The translations under genes and the position numbers were made by a program. The notes beneath the pieces are model-generated. The model was not told the origin of the DNA and did no database searches. It saw only the letters and a list, made by a program, of their open reading frames with translations. Positions 1-13,318 of a DNA stretch of 64,000 nt are shown here, one piece after another. Every line of letters starts with the position of its first letter. The first letter of the stretch is position 1. This DNA is from Trichoplax adhaerens (lineage: Eukaryota; Animalia; Placozoa), in contig NW_002060953.1 in NCBI RefSeq assembly GCF_000150275.1, positions 481,432 through 545,431 on the forward strand, in the 5' to 3' direction.

Positions 1-1405
1 TTATTGATTATATAAACAACAATAATAACATCCAACTGACAAAAGGCATTAATCACTATAATAAAGTCATTTTGACCTCTAACAAAATATCGATTAATAA
101 GTAAGAGTTATGGTTACCCATTGCGACCATCATTCAAGCTGGCTCAAGTCTAGTCGAAAGATTAGCATTATGGTAATTTGTAAGCAGACTTCTTGACCTC
201 TTTCATGCTACAAATAACCTTTGATAAAAGGGAAATAATCTGATATTTGATCTATATTCGGGAATAGACCAAAGATCCTATTGATTGAATACGATCGTTC
301 AGGTGTAATCTCTTGTAAACCAATTTAAATGCATTAAATAAACTATGGCTATATTAAGCTCCATTTAATCGACTAACGATAAGACACAGACGCTATTAAT
401 GATGAATCTATGGTGATAATCAACCATTGACGTAGATGTAAAATGTTTAAAAGAATTATTAGATCAGATTTCATTTAAATCAACAATAGACTACAACGGA
501 GCATACATCCCATTATATCCTTGTTTAAAATTTACTACACTAACTTTCATAACTAACTATCGAAGACTATTATTGAAATATTGCTCTCGTAATAAGTTGC
601 TTTGAGTAGATCAGCTGTGCAAGCGTAAATTTCGTTTTGATCGAATAAAATAACGATGGTTATTGAATTTGACTTCGTTATTGTTCTAGAAGGAATTAGA
701 TGTAGTTGATGGAATATCTTAAGAAAAGCTAGGGTCATATATTACGTGATGCATTTGAGATGCTCATATAAAAGTACATCCAGATGCGATCTTGATCTCA
801 AATTCAGTAATATTTACTCTATAGAAGTACTATGTTGCACGCCTTATTTTATGACGATTTTCTATCTTATTAAACAAATATTTCCGAACTGGGAGGATAA
901 GTGCTATGTAAGCGCTACTGATAGCAATTATATTTATTAGATTTATCATATGGCGGAGTAAATAAAGGGCGGATTTGTGATACCATCTCTAGAAGCTATA
1001 AATTTATTTGAAAAAAGCTGTTTAGTAAATGTTAGTAATAGCAGTAGTTTCTAATCTGAAAAGCGACACAAATAAATTTTTACGATAAAGTAAAAACTAT
1101 ATTTTAAATATGCTATGAAATTCTATTTTTGTAATATAAGATCTGCTTAGTATTGAGTTAAGTATTTGAATGCTAAGGAGATTATTATTATTATTATTAT
1201 TATTAACATTTCAACATTTCCCTGTGTTATTTCTAAAATATCACTTTATTAAGGTATATGATATTGATATTATCACGCTTTACTAGTGATTGCAGTTATA
1301 CTTTAGACTCGATAGTATAAGATTCTTTACGTTCTATGCCATAATTTGCTGTTGTAAAGTCGGTCATAAATTTTTATAGCTTATAGATGATAAACTATAG
1401 CTAAT
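1..1405. repeat. Segmental duplication A, copy 1 (non-coding, paralogous to 5717-7710)
   Basis: Colinear similarity by eye, e.g. 'tccaactgacaaaaggcattaatcactata' (31) vs 'tccaattgacaaaagaccttaatcactata' (5750); 'aagacacagacgctattaatgat' shared; similarity ends near 'atagatgataaactat' (1383/7689). Confidence 0.9.
1181..1204. repeat. (ATT)8 microsatellite
   Basis: Direct reading; the paralogous site (~7492) has a shorter run. Confidence 0.9.
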
Positions 1406-3446
1406 AATGATTAAAAAGTTACAAGAATATTCTTATACTTAATATATATTTACAATGATCATTTTGAGTCTAGTATCTATATAGCTGTACGAAATTTGTA
1501 ACGAGGAAAAAGTTAAAATATCGTAGAAACTACACACTATGAGTCTACTGTCAGGTTTGCCCTCCCTGACATTAACCTACTTTACAACTCTAAATACTGA
1601 CGGTCTCCAATCGTCAGGAGGAACAGCAACACAATACCAGTCTCGCAGTTGCCAAGATTGGAAAGTAATTATAGAGTTTTGAGTTAAAGACAAGGGTCGT
1701 TTTACTGAGCTTGATGCTCCTTGCATATAACTAGTAGTAATTTGCGATAGTAGAATAGCTGTAATGATATACTGTCGTGTGATTAAAAATAATATTATTA
1801 GAGATTGTCGTGTAGTAGACAACAATTCTCAACTGTTAATTGATTATTATTATTGTTTATGACTTTGAATTGAGTTATAATATGCTTATTGTTATTAATT
1901 AATTATTAATTAATTATGCCAAAGTAGGCAATAGAATTAATGGTGAGATTGCACCATAAATGTGTGATAAATAATTGAACTTGCTAATTAATATTAATTA
2001 GTGACAAGTATTAATTAGCACTCGGTCTAGTCTATAGTAAGCCTGTATTGCACATTACATAATTTAACGTGAAAGATTAGCACCGAGGTTATTTGTGTGA
2101 CATATGAAATTGTATATAAGCTTGATTACTAATTTTTAATCTGAGTTCCATGAGGCTAACGTAGAGTACACTGGTGCAAACGTAAACGGGCCAGTAATAA
2201 ATATATTTATTAACCTAAACCTATCGTTTGACTGGATTACAATAGTACAGGAATAAGTTAGTTTTCTCTTACTGAGGATCTCGGGAGTTAGTCAGAGAAC
2301 CATAAGAGTAGATAGACTAGTTTAGGTACGATCGCGAAAGTTGTTTTGTGACAGGTCGACATTCTTTAACCTTATTTAATCGACTTACAAACTCCTATAA
2401 GTTATCATCTTCTATTACCATAGCTCTTCATTAATGAAGGTGTTACGGTGTAATGATACAATTAAAATCTTATTTTTAATTTTTCTGTTTTTAAAGAAAA
2501 TTAGTCCTAATTAATTTTACGTAACACTTTACTGTACGCCAAATAATTAGTAGTGGAGAATTATAAAGGATATAGAATTTAAATCTTGATTGTAAACAAT
2601 ATTAGTTCATTAAAGGAATTTGTTAGAAACAGCAAAATTGTTAAACACCAGTAAAAAGATTGCGCCTACATTGACAATTGCATCAATGCTCTATGGTTGA
2701 TATAAATCGTTAATATAGAAAGAATTAATATGTTGTATATCAGAACTAGTTTAAAAATTATTGATGCGAACAACTGTTAATTAGGCTATTAAAGAAACTA
2801 AGCTTATTTTTTGTTATAATTAAGGGTTACTAGGCGTAGAACTATAGTAGATACGTTGTTAGATACTTGATATTGTTAAAGGTTTTTCTAAGTTCTAATG
2901 AGTAATAAACTAACTTTCTTTCAATTATCTCAAATTTTATTGTCGTATTACCGTGCCTATTTGGGTAGTTTAAAGTATTAGTTATTTTTTATTGCATACG
3001 ATAATTTATAAATCGTGTCCAAAATCTGTCAAATTTTCTAGAATCTACGCAGTGTAGAAAGCAGAAATACTAAAAGAAAGAAGACTAGTAGAAGCTATCA
3101 TTTATTGTTTTTATATATTTGCGATGCTTATGCTCATACAATATCTTCATATTACAGGCTTATGGTCTTAAATTATTATTAAAGTGGTCAAATTGACATC
3201 GTTGATAGAATCGTTTCCGATCAATAAATCAAGAGAAAGCATAACTGATAGTGATGCAATACGACGTCAGGAGATTAGCATTATTAGAAATTTCTGTATG
3301 TTTTGATTTCAGCTAATTACAGTAATTTTAATCTACACTGTTTAAGACATTTTCTTTTAGTCATCTCTGTCCAAGATAGATCCTGGAAGGTAACGGTCAT
3401 TTTCCCAGGATTCGTCGTTCTTTTTATCCTTTTATATTAGATATCG

Positions 3447-4544
3447 TTAGACTTTCGTAGAAGGAAAATTTTGTTGTTGTGTACTGACTTGGATAATTAT
3501 TGTATTGCCTTCATCGTCATATTTACTACAGCAATGACAACAGCGGCACCATTTTGGTAAAGCGCTTCGTAATGTGCTATTAAATATTAAATATATGATC
3601 GGATTTTGTATACAGCAAATGACTGAAATCGATAAGCCAACTGTAATCAATGCGGATAAAGCGGGATGAGCATTTTGGCGTAATTCTATTACTGTGATTT
3701 TTTTGGCAGCAGCAGCTACCATAATAACAGGTACTGGAAGAGATGTGATCATATAGACTACAGTAGCAACAACAATCATTTTAATAGTAGATATTGTACG
3801 CCTACGATTCACTTGAATATTATCTCTATGGGAAGAAGAAGAAGTATCTAGATGACTGTTCACCATAGGTACTTTTAAGCGTAAGATGATTTTTCTATAA
3901 GTTATGATCATAACTACTACAGGAATATAAAAATTCAATATTAAAACAGTTACAAAATAGGGTAGATTATAATTATCGCCATAATAGTAAACGTCACAAG
4001 TGCCATTAACAGTAACTTGTACTAAATGAAGTTGAGGACTATTGGTTGCAGCCGCATAAATCCAGATGAGTGCTATTACTATTTTATTTCGTGAATTTCC
4101 TCTTAATGATGCCTTATAAATTTGTTTATCAAGCATAATATAGTAACGATCGATTGCCAAAGCTGCTAAGCACATAACAGAAACAGTAAAGCTCATGCTT
4201 GATAAAAATGTTGAACACTTACAAACAATATGGTGTATTATGGTAGCTTGGCCAGGTTGAACGTTTACGAATGCATTAAGGATTAAACCGAACAAAGTAA
4301 TAATATCAGATATACTGATACTGAAAATAAAAGTATAGATGGAAGAGCTGATTAATTTCTTCTTCCTAATGGCGTAACAGATAGCAAGATTGAGACCGAT
4401 GCCAATGAAAGAAATGAATGCCGTAAGATACAGCTGGGCTCGAAGATTTCGATTTGGGACTACAGTACAATTAAGGCAAGTATCATTTAATATCTCGCTA
4501 CTATTCATCAATTCGAAATTAAAAGTGAGATTTAAGGCTGCCAT
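3447..4544 (-). CDS. Intronless class A (rhodopsin-like) GPCR, 365 aa, orphan
   Basis: Seven hydrophobic segments, N-terminal NxS/T sequons, TM1 GxN, TM2 SISD, TM3 Cys and DRY, ECL2 Cys (TCDV), TM5 YIP, TM7 NPIIY, Cys-rich tail. Confidence 0.95.
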   Translation of the reverse strand: MAALNLTFNFELMNSSEILNDTCLNCTVVPNRNLRAQLYLTAFISFIGIGLNLAICYAIRKKKLISSSIYTFIFSISISDIITLFGLILNAFVNVQPGQATIIHHIVCKCSTFLSSMSFTVSVMCLAALAIDRYYIMLDKQIYKASLRGNSRNKIVIALIWIYAAATNSPQLHLVQVTVNGTCDVYYYGDNYNLPYFVTVLILNFYIPVVVMIITYRKIILRLKVPMVNSHLDTSSSSHRDNIQVNRRRTISTIKMIVVATVVYMITSLPVPVIMVAAAAKKITVIELRQNAHPALSALITVGLSISVICCIQNPIIYLIFNSTLRSALPKWCRCCHCCSKYDDEGNTIIIQVSTQQQNFPSTKV

Positions 4545-5716
4545 AGCGCTTGAAAGAGGCGAACGATCACAGTAAACTCGTATTTCGATAACTAAAAGTA
4601 TGAATAAAATATGATGTAATTAATACCATAAAAAGAATAAAAGTAGTCAGTGACTCAACATATATTATTTAAGGTAAATTTTTAATGTATTAGCAAAATT
4701 ATATTTTAGATTAAATCCTGGACGATAGCATACTTGTAGATAGTAATAGAAATTAACGGCGAAGCTATTTAATTAATACCAGTGAAGTATAGAAATTTAA
4801 TTAATTATTTTGTATAGTTATCCAGGTAATCAGCGGAATTTTACACTAATTTATGAGCATATAGGCACTTTACCGTAATTAGGAATTCTCGGATAATATC
4901 GCAATACGATCTTTGATCTATAGATTTAAGCTAGTAAGGATTCAATCGACGCCAGTTTAGTCTTCCGATCCAATGAATAATGTGCGCAATGTTGCTAGAT
5001 TTTAGATTAGATCAATTTAAATCTAAATTTCCGTTCTAAATTAAAACTCGCTAGTATTAATATAAAATAAACAACAACTGAGATAATTTAGATGTCGCAA
5101 GATACAGTGAAATCTCTTCAATTAGTTTATTAACGAGCTAATCCAATCGAAAAAATTGCGTAACAGTAAGCTCTCTTAGAATGCGATATAGTAAATTCTG
5201 TTCTAGAGAATTATATTATTATCCTGTTATTGTTAAACGCGTAGAGGACAATTATCTTGTTAATCGATACGATGAGATATAGCTAAATAGTTTCTTTGCG
5301 GCTGATCAGATGATAAACAGTGAATTAATCACTTAATCTATCATTCATCGGGAGAAATACCGAATTCTCTATATTTAAACTCTCTTAATGAATGAAAGTA
5401 GTGAAATAGTCCTTATCCAAATATAGTTAATGAAGGGCCTTGTAGTCCAAATAGATAAATTTAGCTAATATAATATACCTGAGAGAAATACACGATAGTT
5501 GTTTATAAATTATATCAGACGATCAGGCCAAGAAATTCTTCATATTGAACCAATCAAAATATTCACTTTGGAGTAATTATTGAATGTTTAAACTTATGAA
5601 TATTATGAGACAGCAATCTTGTTATTATATAGCTAACCTAATACAACGATTTGCCTATGTGAAATCAGCGATATTTATCATTTATTTGATGCCATATCAA
5701 TAAAAGCTAATATTTA

Positions 5717-7710
5717 TTTTTGTAAATCACATAAACAAAAATAATAAAATCCAATTGACAAAAGACCTTAATCACTATAATGAGGTAATTTTGACCTCGA
5801 TAAAATATTAATTAATAAGCAAGTACTTATAGTTACCCGTTGCAATCATCATTCGGGCTGTTTTAAGTCTAGTCCAAAGATCAATGTAATAGTAATATAT
5901 GAGTATGAAGCAGTCTAGTTTCGATTATAATAGATTTGAGTCGCAGTTTGTGAACAAACTTCTTGGCCTCTTTTAAGCTACAAATAACTATCTATAAGAG
6001 GCAAATGATCTGATATTTGATCTATAATTAGGAATGGATTTAAGATTCTATTGATTGAATACGATTGTTCAGGCGTAATTCCATGTAAACCTATTTTAAA
6101 CGAACTAATCAAACTATGGCTATATCAAGCTCGATTTAATCGACTAACATCAAGACACAGACGCTATTAATGATAAATATATGGTAATAATTAAGTATTT
6201 ACGTAGATAAAAAATGTTTAAAGTAATGATTTCGTCTGATTTTATTTAAATCAACAATAGACTACCAGGTAGGATGCATCCATTATATCCCTGTTTAAAA
6301 ATTATTTATTTTTCTAACTTCGATGCCTTACTATCGAACACTATTATTAAAATATTGCTTTTCGTAGTAAGTTACTTTGAGTAGATCAGCTGTGTAAGAG
6401 CACAATATCTTTTAGATCGAATAAAACAACGATGGTTATTAGATTTGATCTTGCTATTGTTCTAGAAGGGAATAACTGTAGTCAATGTAATATCTTTAGA
6501 ATAGCTACAGTTATATTACAGGATGAATTTGAGATATACAAGTATATACATATGCGATCTTGGTCTTAAATTCAGTAATATATAATCTATACAAGTAATG
6601 TGTTATAATTTTAGTCTCAGAGCGATTTTCCATCTTATTAAAAAAACATATCCGAGCAAGGTTGATAAATGCTGCGCAAGCGTTACTGATAGCGGTATTA
6701 TTTAGCTAATTTATTTTACCGGAAGAAAGTAAATCAAAAACGGTGTTGCAATTTGATATAATTTACAGTATATGTTGTATCCTCTAACTTAGTAATGTTA
6801 TGAATACGCACGGATATCATTTTACTGTACAACTCAAGATAGTATAGTTGTATTAGCACTTGTTACCATGAGAGAACTATATCCAGTCAGGTGATCTAAT
6901 ATATCTGTAACGAATCAGTAGGAGAAGGGCTACAGACTTATAACTGTGCATATCATGCAATCGGTGATTATTCAAGGATTTAGAATTTTAGAAGCTTTTC
7001 TCATCCTAGTTTCTAGAAATACGCTCTAGGTTCTGAGTAGCGAAGCTCATGAGATATCGATCGTGGAGAACATTAGTGGTATGTAACCTCTTACATTGCT
7101 AAGAGTAATTCGAATAATTCTATTTGAATAGAAGTTAATAAACGTAACTTGTAAAATTACAAAAGTATTACTTCATCCCTCAGTCTTTAATGGAGTACCT
7201 CGACGTCAAGTCATTTATACATATATTCATCAATGGCTACAAATACAGCAGATAGATTTGGGATTTCAACTCTTTGCAGCAACAATTTATCTCGAAAAAG
7301 CTATCCAGTAAATGTTAGTGATAGGGACAGCTTCCGATCTGAAAAATGCCACAAATAACTGAATAAGATATCCTATTCAGTGATATTTTTTGATATAATA
7401 TAGTAAAACAACAATTTAGCTATGACGTGCAATTTAGTTTTAGTAATATAAGCCACTGTTAAGTATTGAGTTAAATTGAATGCTAAGGGATTTATTATTA
7501 TCATTTAAATGCTTTCTACATTATTATTTCATAAGAATTAGTTTATTAGGGCACATAATATTGATATTATTATCAAGCTTTCCAAATGCTTGTACTCATA
7601 TTTTTGACTTAATAATAGAGGACTCCTTAAATTTTATACTATTATACTCATATACTACGGTAAATTTGGTGACAAATTATGATAATTCATAGATGATAAA
7701 CTATTAATGA
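5717..7710. repeat. Segmental duplication A, copy 2 (upstream region of GPCR 3447-4544)
   Basis: Colinear with 1-1405 apart from indels, chiefly the ~500-bp insertion at 6742-7247. Confidence 0.9.
6742..7247. mobile_element. ~500-bp non-coding interspersed element, copy 1
   Basis: Reverse complement of 12833-13300 (e.g. 'aagtattacttcatccctcagtcttta' vs 'taaagactcagggatgaagtaatactt'); absent from the paralogous site at ~965-975. Confidence 0.8.
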
Positions 7711-10343
7711 CTACCAGTTGGTCAATCACAGCAAGAGGAATTTTTAACAGTGGTTGTATTTGCTAAATATTAATAAGCTATGTATCATACTGAATAAATT
7801 ACAGCGAATACAGTCACAAAATAGTCTTGCAGTTGACATGTATTGACAATGCTCATAGTGAATCCAAAATTTAATTACTTTCTATAGAGTTTCAAGGAAT
7901 CCTGGCTCTGAAATCTAAGAAAGATGAAAAAATTACCATACTGACTGTAACTTCTGCTAATTACTTAATAAAACTTAAAGGTTCATTACCTTAATTGACG
8001 TAGATATTCCCAATAACACGTCTGTGCTATCTATAACTTTGTCAATATATTATCGTGTTAGTAGTCAATAAAACACTTCGCGTTCCATTTCATATCTGCT
8101 GGTAGATATAAATGTACAGTATGCACTTATACAGTATCAGTAGTATAACGTTATTTCATGAAAGTATAGGAAGAGAGAAAGAGAAGTAACGGTACGTGTG
8201 GCTTCATATCTGCTTGACCGCTATCATGAGAATTTAAAGTAGAAATTATTTTAACTTGCTAAATTCATATCTACTAAAGCTTCTATCATGCACCCACCCA
8301 CATATAAAAATCTCCTTTTAAACTCAATTAGAATAGGACAATTTCCGCAGCATAGCTCTGATATCTTATTTTTTAAATACAACCAGAGACAATAGAATAA
8401 AATGTATTTTATTAATCTTGAAATAACTGATCCAGCTTTTGAATAGGTATTATTTCTTTTAGATTATATATAAACTATTCATTTTTACTAATTTACGTAA
8501 TGCTGCAGATGCTTTATAAACAGAGAATAAATTAACGGATAAATTCATATACCTATGCCCCATATGATGAATGTGTCTATAACTGTAATTGCAAAGTTAC
8601 TATTGGTAAAGTTTTATATATGCGGCATCGTTATGGATTGCATTCCAAGTCCATCGATTATTGGTTAAATTTTCTTTCGATTTATACTCATTATTTTATT
8701 AATATGCAATATACCTAAAATATAGCTATCTTCACAAAAGAAGTATAGTATCCTTGCACACACTAAATTATTAATAATAGCGATTTATAAGACAAGAGAG
8801 ATAAATGTTATAGCTCTTACAATTGTATAATTGAGACAATAATTGACGGACATTTTCAGAGCTTTGTTGTCGTGATACAATTATACCTCGTATTATCAAG
8901 GCAAGTAATGAAGAGTTAGTGGATTAGAATAATTTATTTGTAAACAGCTATCAAACTCATCAGTTAATCACAGTCGCATAGGTACACGCTTTACTAGATC
9001 AAACATATCTGCTAAAATAAACAAGATCTTTTTTATTGTTTAACTTAGACATATAGGATCAAAATTCTACATAAACAACTTCTCGGTCCACAATAATGTT
9101 TACTTTAATTTTAATTGATAAATTAAATTGCTATAAATTTCTAAAGTTGAAAATTATTTCAGTCTATAGATCAATGAATTATGAAATCGAAAAATATTGT
9201 GCTGAATATACTTTGGTCTACTGTATGTTTATACACCCATATATAATTTGCCAACAGAGGCGAAGTCGAGTCTACATACGCGCAAAGTAACTAAATTTTT
9301 GGGGCTCAATTTACATCTGTTTACGAAATGGTAAATAGTATGGCTATGTTGTTGATAATTTAAGTCAAAATGTAATTATGATGCATATATATACCATATT
9401 CATTTAAACATTTGCTTGGATTTAGCGGCCACAAAAAATATATCTACGGAGCTCAATATTAGTTTAGGGAGAGAAATATCGCTCTCCAATTATATCATAT
9501 CACTACATGCCGGTATGTATCTACTAAGTGATGCCTCCCAAATGCGTAATTTTTCATTCCCTTTTCATCATCTACTTCTTCAAAGAGATATCGATCGATT
9601 GTTTTATTAATTAATTACAATAATCCATTTCTTTATAATGGTATACTAAATTTTATGATAAAATGGCGATTGATTAAGATGTTACAATAGGATAACCATC
9701 TTCTTATTACGTTAAATTTATGAAAAAATTCTGTCATTCCGAGAAAATTTCGCAAATAAATTTGATACGATGTTTGCCAAGCAAACTCTAAATTGCATTG
9801 CAAGTACAGCAGGATATTATTTGCTAACGAAATAAACATATTCGGTTCAAATTGATTTTTAAGCAACATTTTTACTTTCGTACAGATATTGGTATAAATT
9901 TCATACTATGTTGTTGTCATTGATAAATATTCGTGTCTTAGCGAACGAGTGTTCACATATTTACAAATGAATTACGTTATTCGACTATCTCTCATTATAG
10001 TTTAATAATCTACTATGAAAAATTTCTGATGGACAGGGTGAGATCTTTGAATAATTTAAATTATTAAACTCTTATCACAGCTTTTATAGATCCGCTAAAA
10101 AATATTAATTACCGGGGAATAATTGCTCGGATAGTTGTTAATTATTATCCCGTCACATAATTTCCAACATATTAATATATGCCATTTTTAGCTTAGTAGT
10201 TTCTATAGCTCATTCATTGAATGGTATTTGGTTCAAATATTAATGTTTATGCAGTATTGTCTACTGTTTTTAATGAATTCATAAATGACCCTAAACACTG
10301 CAGATAACAACTTAAGAAGGCAAAAATTTCTCGAATACAATAT

Positions 10344-10931
10344 TGTCACAACCCTCACTTGTGGCAAAGGAAAGTAAAGAACTCTAGTGTAGTTACTTAA
10401 AACTTGGGCTATTTCTCCCAGTACTTTCAGTTTCTATGAGAGAAGTATTTGAGAACTCGATTTCTCGGCTGATCTCCACAGACAACTGACTAATTATTAC
10501 ACTATTCTTCACGATATGAGTCTTGCCGTTTCTTGAGCAATTACTTTCTTTATTCTACAAACACACGCGCTTAAATAGGTTTCTACAGTGAATTCCAATA
10601 TTAACGAGTGAGAATTCATGCTTTACAAGTTACATTAATTAGTATAATACCATTACTAAATATACATGTCGATATTCTCAGACTTAGATAGCTACAAGCT
10701 ATCAGGTGTTAAGACGCTTAACCTTCGTCCATATACAGCTCCATTTTTAGAGATTAACACACCTTATAAACCTACAGTAAATTAACTGCTAACAATTTCT
10801 ATTTTTATCTCATTTCTACCATCCTATTATCAGCTACAAGCGCATTAAAACATAGCACATAACCTTATCTTATCTATTCATAAGCATTCATTAATTTACA
10901 GTTACTTAATTAGTAACGGCGTACCGTGACA
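10344..10931 (-). mobile_element. Solo LTR (588 bp) of an LTR retrotransposon
   Basis: Termini TGTCAC...GTGACA; perfect 5-bp TSD AATAT (10339-10343 and 10932-10936); on the minus strand CCTATTTAAG (~10570-10579) is followed by AATAAA (10554-10549); no ORF. Confidence 0.8.
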
Positions 10932-10947
10932 AATATACGTATTTAGG

Positions 10948-11448
10948 TGTAACAACTTAATTCCAAATAATACTTCCATTTATTGTAAATACAGACAAAT
11001 ATGAGAAGGTCAACGAGTGTATAGGTTAAAATCAGTTTATTACAATACAAATAATTTAAAATACTTCAAGTACAGCATTAAGTCCGATAGCTAGTTTAAC
11101 GGTACTATCCTCGGATACGACTCACGACTCCCTCCCAGCTGAGCTAGGCTAAACCTAATCCTACTTTCAGGCCTTTATATACGTCCGATCCGAATTTCGA
11201 GGCAAATATGTTTTGATCGCTTCTTCTCCGGCATGGTCCCTACCCTTTCAGCCTTGACGTTCTCCATATAAACCATGTATTCTCTTAAGCTTCAGTATGA
11301 GATTTGCATCTCCATCCAGGTGTCCCCTCTCATCTCCCCTCGAGTAGTCGTGACCCATTCTTCAGCCAATGGCTTTACAGTTGCTGGATAGCTTGGTGCT
11401 ACTCTAAGCGCCAAAGGCTTATATAGCTTATTCGCCTATGATACTACA
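10948..11448 (-). mobile_element. Candidate second solo LTR (~500 bp)
   Basis: TGTA...TACA ends, raised GC, minus-strand TATATAAAGG (~11181-11172) and AATAAA (10984-10979) about 30 nt before the end. No TSD found. Confidence 0.4.
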
Positions 11449-12832
11449 TATTTATCTCGTTCTTTTCTGCTACTAACAGCTGTGTCATTAAACAACTCAC
11501 GCTATACTATAACATGCCAATAGCTTTAGGCGTTAATAAGTGCAAGTAGATGAGATAATTGCTAGGAATTAACACTCTGGATATTAAATTTCAGATCGGC
11601 ATCTTGGTAAATTATAATCTGTGTCAATTTGGTATTTATGATGAAGTACCAAAGCTAGACACAATATTATATAGTAGATAACTTTAAATCCTGATTGCCA
11701 GCGAATATATCATGGGTCAATCAGGTTCACGGGACTTATATGAAACGCAGCATCGTTATAATAGAAATCATAAAATATTAGAATTGCGTCAAAATTTCTT
11801 AAAATTTTCTTTCCCATAAAACTATAACATACTAATAAGATTTGTGAATATAAGCATGATACAATATGCTTTAGTAGTGTTTATGTAAGATAAAGCATAA
11901 TCATAAAATAAATTACTGAAAACCGCTGTGATTGTGTATTTTAATATAATCTAATAATTAGCGATTTAATCATACTTACGTTTTTTTTCCAATAAGAAAA
12001 AGGCTGCTATAATTTTCGTCTATGAAATAATTAAATCAACTTCATTTCATTTATTTACTTGAGATATCGGTACAATCTCATAAAATAGTTACGATAATAC
12101 TTAAGGTCAGGAAAAATTATATGTTAACGCAATGATGCGCTTATTATTAACAGTAGAAAAGATTTCTGATGTATAGGGTGTAGACGCTTTTTATCTATGA
12201 TATTTATACAAATTTTCGGTATCGAAAATTGTAGATCTGGCTATTACAATACTTAACATGTCTACAAAACACGGCCATAAAATTATTTTAGTCGGTTGCT
12301 AAAAATAATCTGAGTTATTATTTACAAAATGATTCTCAAGATGTAGGTAGCTATTTCGATTAAGGTTCCATAAGATTTTAGAGGACTTGTGCACTCTATC
12401 ATCTTGTAGTGCTGATTTTATCTCACTTTACTACAATGATATTTTTAGATTGCATAATATATAATTGTGTAACATTCGCTTAAATTATAACTTATGACCA
12501 CGAAAAGAAGGATAAAATCAAATATTAATTAACAGTAAGAGTAAAGTAACTGTAGACTACACGCGAAGTGTTACCGAAGTATGGCTACTGAGACTGAAAT
12601 TAAATAATTCAAGTTAAATTTTTCATGTAGCTTTATCGCAGATTGCCATGCTACATTGTACGAAAATATGATAAAGCAAATCTTTTAATTTCTTCTATCA
12701 TATACCATGAGTAGCAATGTAGGAGGTGGTTAGAATGAGAAGAATTAATCCAATATGATAAAATTTTAGCAGTACTTGAGAATTACCGTATAAATAATTT
12801 TGCTGCTGTGGCATTTAATAATTAATTGATAT

Positions 12833-13318
12833 TGTAAATATAGCCCTTGAGGAATATATGTATATGTGACTTGACGTCGTGGTACTCCGGTAAAGACTCA
12901 GGGATGAAGTAATACTTATGTAATCGCCACAAACTACGTTTATTAACTTCTATCCAAATAGAATTAGAATTACTCTTAGCAATGTAAGATGTTATATACC
13001 ACTAACGTTCTTAACAATAGATATCTTAAGAACTTCGCTACTTAGAGAGTATCTCTTGACCCTAGAATCCTCGAATGGCTAATTGCACGATGTGCACACT
13101 TATAAGTATGTAGTCTTTCGGCTACTGGTTGGTTACAGATAAGTTAGATTACCTGACTGGATATAGTTCTCTTATAGTAACAAGTACCAATACAGTTATC
13201 CTATCTCATGTTGTACAGCAGGATGATATCCGTGCGTATTCGTAATAGAACTAAGTTAGAGTATACGATAAATACTATAAATAATACCAAATTACAACAG
13301 TTGATACTTTTGTTAAGA
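12833..13318. mobile_element. ~480-bp non-coding interspersed element, copy 2 (inverted relative to 6742-7247)
   Basis: Absent from the paralogous site 'attgtagatatctttgagaatataaggaca' (21931-21960); inverted match to 6742-7247. Confidence 0.8.

Noticed and set aside
1497-2353. Possible further LTR (TGTAAC/TGTC... starts, ...TTGTGACA end, small TGTCAGG/CCTGACA hairpin)
   Set aside because: No pair of ends gave a matching TSD, and there is no second copy in the window.
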